Below are positions 62,102 through 64,000 of a stretch of DNA of 64,000 nucleotides, in pieces (position 1 is the first letter of the stretch; the number at the start of each line of letters is the position of its first letter). A model generated the notes under the pieces. The model did no database searches. It was not told the DNA's origin and saw only the letters and a list, made by a program, of their open reading frames with translations. The stretch comes from an uncultured Sphingomonadaceae bacterium (GTDB lineage Bacteria > Pseudomonadota > Alphaproteobacteria > Sphingomonadales > Sphingomonadaceae): assembly GCA_964245815.1 (NCBI GenBank), contig CAXTNX010000007.1:1787-65786 (forward strand). Reading direction: 5' to 3'. The position numbers and the translations under genes were made by a program.

Positions 62102-63244
62102 TCAGCTCCCAAGTTCCACGCCATGTCCGAAGGTCGCGATCATCGCCTTGAGCCCGGCCCCCTCCCGGTCGCCCGGCGACCAGCGGCCGGCCGCGAAGGC
62201 GAGCAGGCGATTGACGAAATCGAGCTTGAGCACGATCTGCGGCGTGATCCGGAACGGATAGAGATCGGGCTGTCCCATGCTGCGATTGACCGCGTTGATC
62301 GCATAGGCGAGCGGGATCCACGCATCGATCAGCGTCGCGGTGTCGGCGCCGAACGGATCGAAGCCGACTCCTGACCGCCCGTCGCCGAGCGCCGCGGGCG
62401 GCATGCCGACCGTCATGTCGAAGCTGCCGATCGTCGCCAGCGTATCGACGATGTGGAGATAGTGCGCGAAGGTCTCGGCGAAATCTTCCCATGGGTGCGT
62501 CGTCGCATAGACCGAGACATGATCCGTCTCCCATCCGTCGCGTCGCACGCCGGCGTAATGGGCCTGGAGGGCGGCGGCATAGTTCGCCCGCTCGTCTCCG
62601 AACAACGCGCGGAACGGCCCGAGATCGGGGGTGAACTCGATCAGCCGATGCCAGTAGTAGTGGCCGATCTCGTGACGGAAATGACCCACCAGCGTCCGGT
62701 AGGGCTCGCCGAATGCGCGGCGGAGGCGTTCGCGCGCGACGTCGTCCGCCTCGATCAGGTTGATCGTGACGATGCCGGCCTGATGCCCGGTGAGCAGGTT
62801 CGGCGCGTAGCCCTGCTCGGCAGCGGGATCGTAGAGGAAGTCGAACGTGAGGCCGAACGTACCCGAGCCGAGCACGGCGGGCGGCGTACCCAGCCGGATC
62901 AGCGTGTGGATCGTGCGCTTCTTCGCGGCCTCGATCTTCGTCCAGCGCTCGAGCGCCCCGGCGATCGCCAGGTCGGGGATGACGCGGTTGAACTTGCAGC
63001 CCTCGCACAGCGTCCGCTCCGGTGGGCCGGACAGCAACCAGTTGCACGCCCCGAGCCGTGCATTGGCACACGGCCTCAATCCCGCCCCGTCCCGCCCCTC
63101 GTGCCCGCGCCAGCAACCGTCGTCGTCGAGGACATGGAACTGCCCCGCCTGCGGCTCGAAACCGACGCCATGACCGCAGCTCGGGCAGCTCCGCCCATCG
63201 AAACCGAGCAGCTGATCGCATCCGGGGCAGGAGAAGGCGCGCAT
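62102..63244 (-). CDS. Zinc-ribbon plus putative zinc metallopeptidase (DUF2248-type)
   Basis: CPGC/CPSC and C..CNW/CEGC Cys clusters; FRHEIGHYYW HExxH; HPWEDFAETFAHYLH. Confidence 0.88.
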   Translation of the reverse strand: MRAFSCPGCDQLLGFDGRSCPSCGHGVGFEPQAGQFHVLDDDGCWRGHEGRDGAGLRPCANARLGACNWLLSGPPERTLCEGCKFNRVIPDLAIAGALERWTKIEAAKKRTIHTLIRLGTPPAVLGSGTFGLTFDFLYDPAAEQGYAPNLLTGHQAGIVTINLIEADDVARERLRRAFGEPYRTLVGHFRHEIGHYYWHRLIEFTPDLGPFRALFGDERANYAAALQAHYAGVRRDGWETDHVSVYATTHPWEDFAETFAHYLHIVDTLATIGSFDMTVGMPPAALGDGRSGVGFDPFGADTATLIDAWIPLAYAINAVNRSMGQPDLYPFRITPQIVLKLDFVNRLLAFAAGRWSPGDREGAGLKAMIATFGHGVELGS

Positions 63245-63288
63245 GACGCCACCGACGAGCCGCCGCGCCGGTGGTTCCGCCGCGACCG

Positions 63289-63672
63289 TCAGGCGATAGC
63301 CATGATCCGATGGAGCGTCCGCCCGATCGCGCCGCGATCATAGGGTTTGGCGAAGAAATGCGCGCCCTCCGGCATGTCCGCGACAGATGGAGCGCAATCG
63401 CCAGAGACGATGATGAACTTCAGCGGCGGCCAGCGATCATGCGCATAGGCGACGAGTTGCAGGCCATCCATCGATCCGGCCATCTGAATGTCGGTAAAGA
63501 CGACCCCGATGTCCGGGTGCGCCTCCAGAAGCGCGATCGCCTCGTCCGCGCTCTCCGCCTCCAACACCTCGAAGCCAAGATCCTCGACCATTGCCGTCGC
63601 GGACATGCGGATCATCGGGTCGTCCTCGACGACGAGGACCTTGCGCGACACAGTCTCGATCGCCGATCGCAT
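63289..63672 (-). CDS. Single-domain response regulator receiver
   Basis: VLVVEDD, FTDIQMAGSMDG (phospho-Asp), IVSG, AKPY; start uncertain (63672 or 63696). Confidence 0.88.
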   Translation of the reverse strand: MRSAIETVSRKVLVVEDDPMIRMSATAMVEDLGFEVLEAESADEAIALLEAHPDIGVVFTDIQMAGSMDGLQLVAYAHDRWPPLKFIIVSGDCAPSVADMPEGAHFFAKPYDRGAIGRTLHRIMAIA

Positions 63673-63794
63673 TCCGTTCACCCATCTCGCCGGCACTCCG
63701 GGCCATAATATTAATCAGGATCAACATAACGAGCGGGTGGGCAGACTTGATCCGTACGACTTCGTGAAAATATCGAGCGCGCAAAGCAGGATAG

Positions 63795-63822
63795 CGAGCC
63801 GCCGGCATGCGCCGGCGGCTCG
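63795..63822. terminator. GC-rich hairpin after the fasciclin gene
   Basis: Perfect 12-bp stem CGAGCCGCCGGC-ATGC-GCCGGCGGCTCG; weak U-tract. Confidence 0.5.
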
Positions 63823-63828
63823 TTCGGT

Positions 63829-64000
63829 TCACGGCATCAGCACGGTGTCGACGACATGGATCACGCCGTTCGACTGCATGACGTCCTTGATCGTCACCGT
63901 CGAGGTGCCGCCCTTGGCGTCGGTCAGCACCAGCTTGCCCATCTTCATCGCCGCCGTCAGCGGCTCGCCCTGCACGGTGGTGAGCGTGGCGGTGCCGTGA
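63829..64000 (-). CDS. Fasciclin (FAS1) domain protein, 3' end (truncated by window)
   Basis: Manual translation LTTVQGEPL...DVMQSNGVIHVVDTVLMP*, the FAS1 H2 motif. Confidence 0.9.
   Translation of the reverse strand, partial: HGTATLTTVQGEPLTAAMKMGKLVLTDAKGGTSTVTIKDVMQSNGVIHVVDTVLMP

Noticed and set aside
39419-64000. Integrative island/prophage at tRNA-Ala
   Set aside because: No integrase, transposase or phage genes seen, no duplicate of the tRNA 3' end noticed by eye, and composition is host-like. An attR beyond the window cannot be excluded.

Overview
High-GC alphaproteobacterial chromosome, most consistent with Sphingomonas (inferred from gene order, repeat types and codon style). (1) 1-11.7 kb: the minus-strand str-S10-spc ribosomal cluster from rpsL to the start of rpsN. 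It has three oddities: a small, lower-GC coiled-coil/TM gene between rpsG and fusA, a 250-nt structured spacer ending in a terminator-like hairpin between rpsJ and rplC, and a long acidic tail on L3. (2) 11.8-39.5 kb: mostly housekeeping genes (lpdA, pdhC, nagZ, SPOR, argS, glnE, bcp, ptrB, aminopeptidase P, cmk, aroA, tRNA-Ala(GGC)), plus a DUF969-DUF979-DUF2891 operon, a NepR-like micro-ORF and REP-type palindromes. (3) 39.5-64 kb: accessory genes. These are a GH13+GT4 pair, GT61, a PhoP/FeuP-like two-component system, a GT2+GT-C pair, an ECF sigma/FecR/TonB-receptor/PAP2 cassette, an ApbE remnant, and a candidate peptide-tagging system. That system comprises a transglutaminase-DUF2126 amidoligase fusion, a circularly permuted ATP-grasp/alpha-E fusion, a second transglutaminase and a convergent Zn-ribbon metallopeptidase; a third transglutaminase 5 kb upstream carries a general-stress (EcfG-type) promoter motif. 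No integrase, transposase, CRISPR array or rRNA was seen. All family assignments come from motif recognition by eye, with no database searches.
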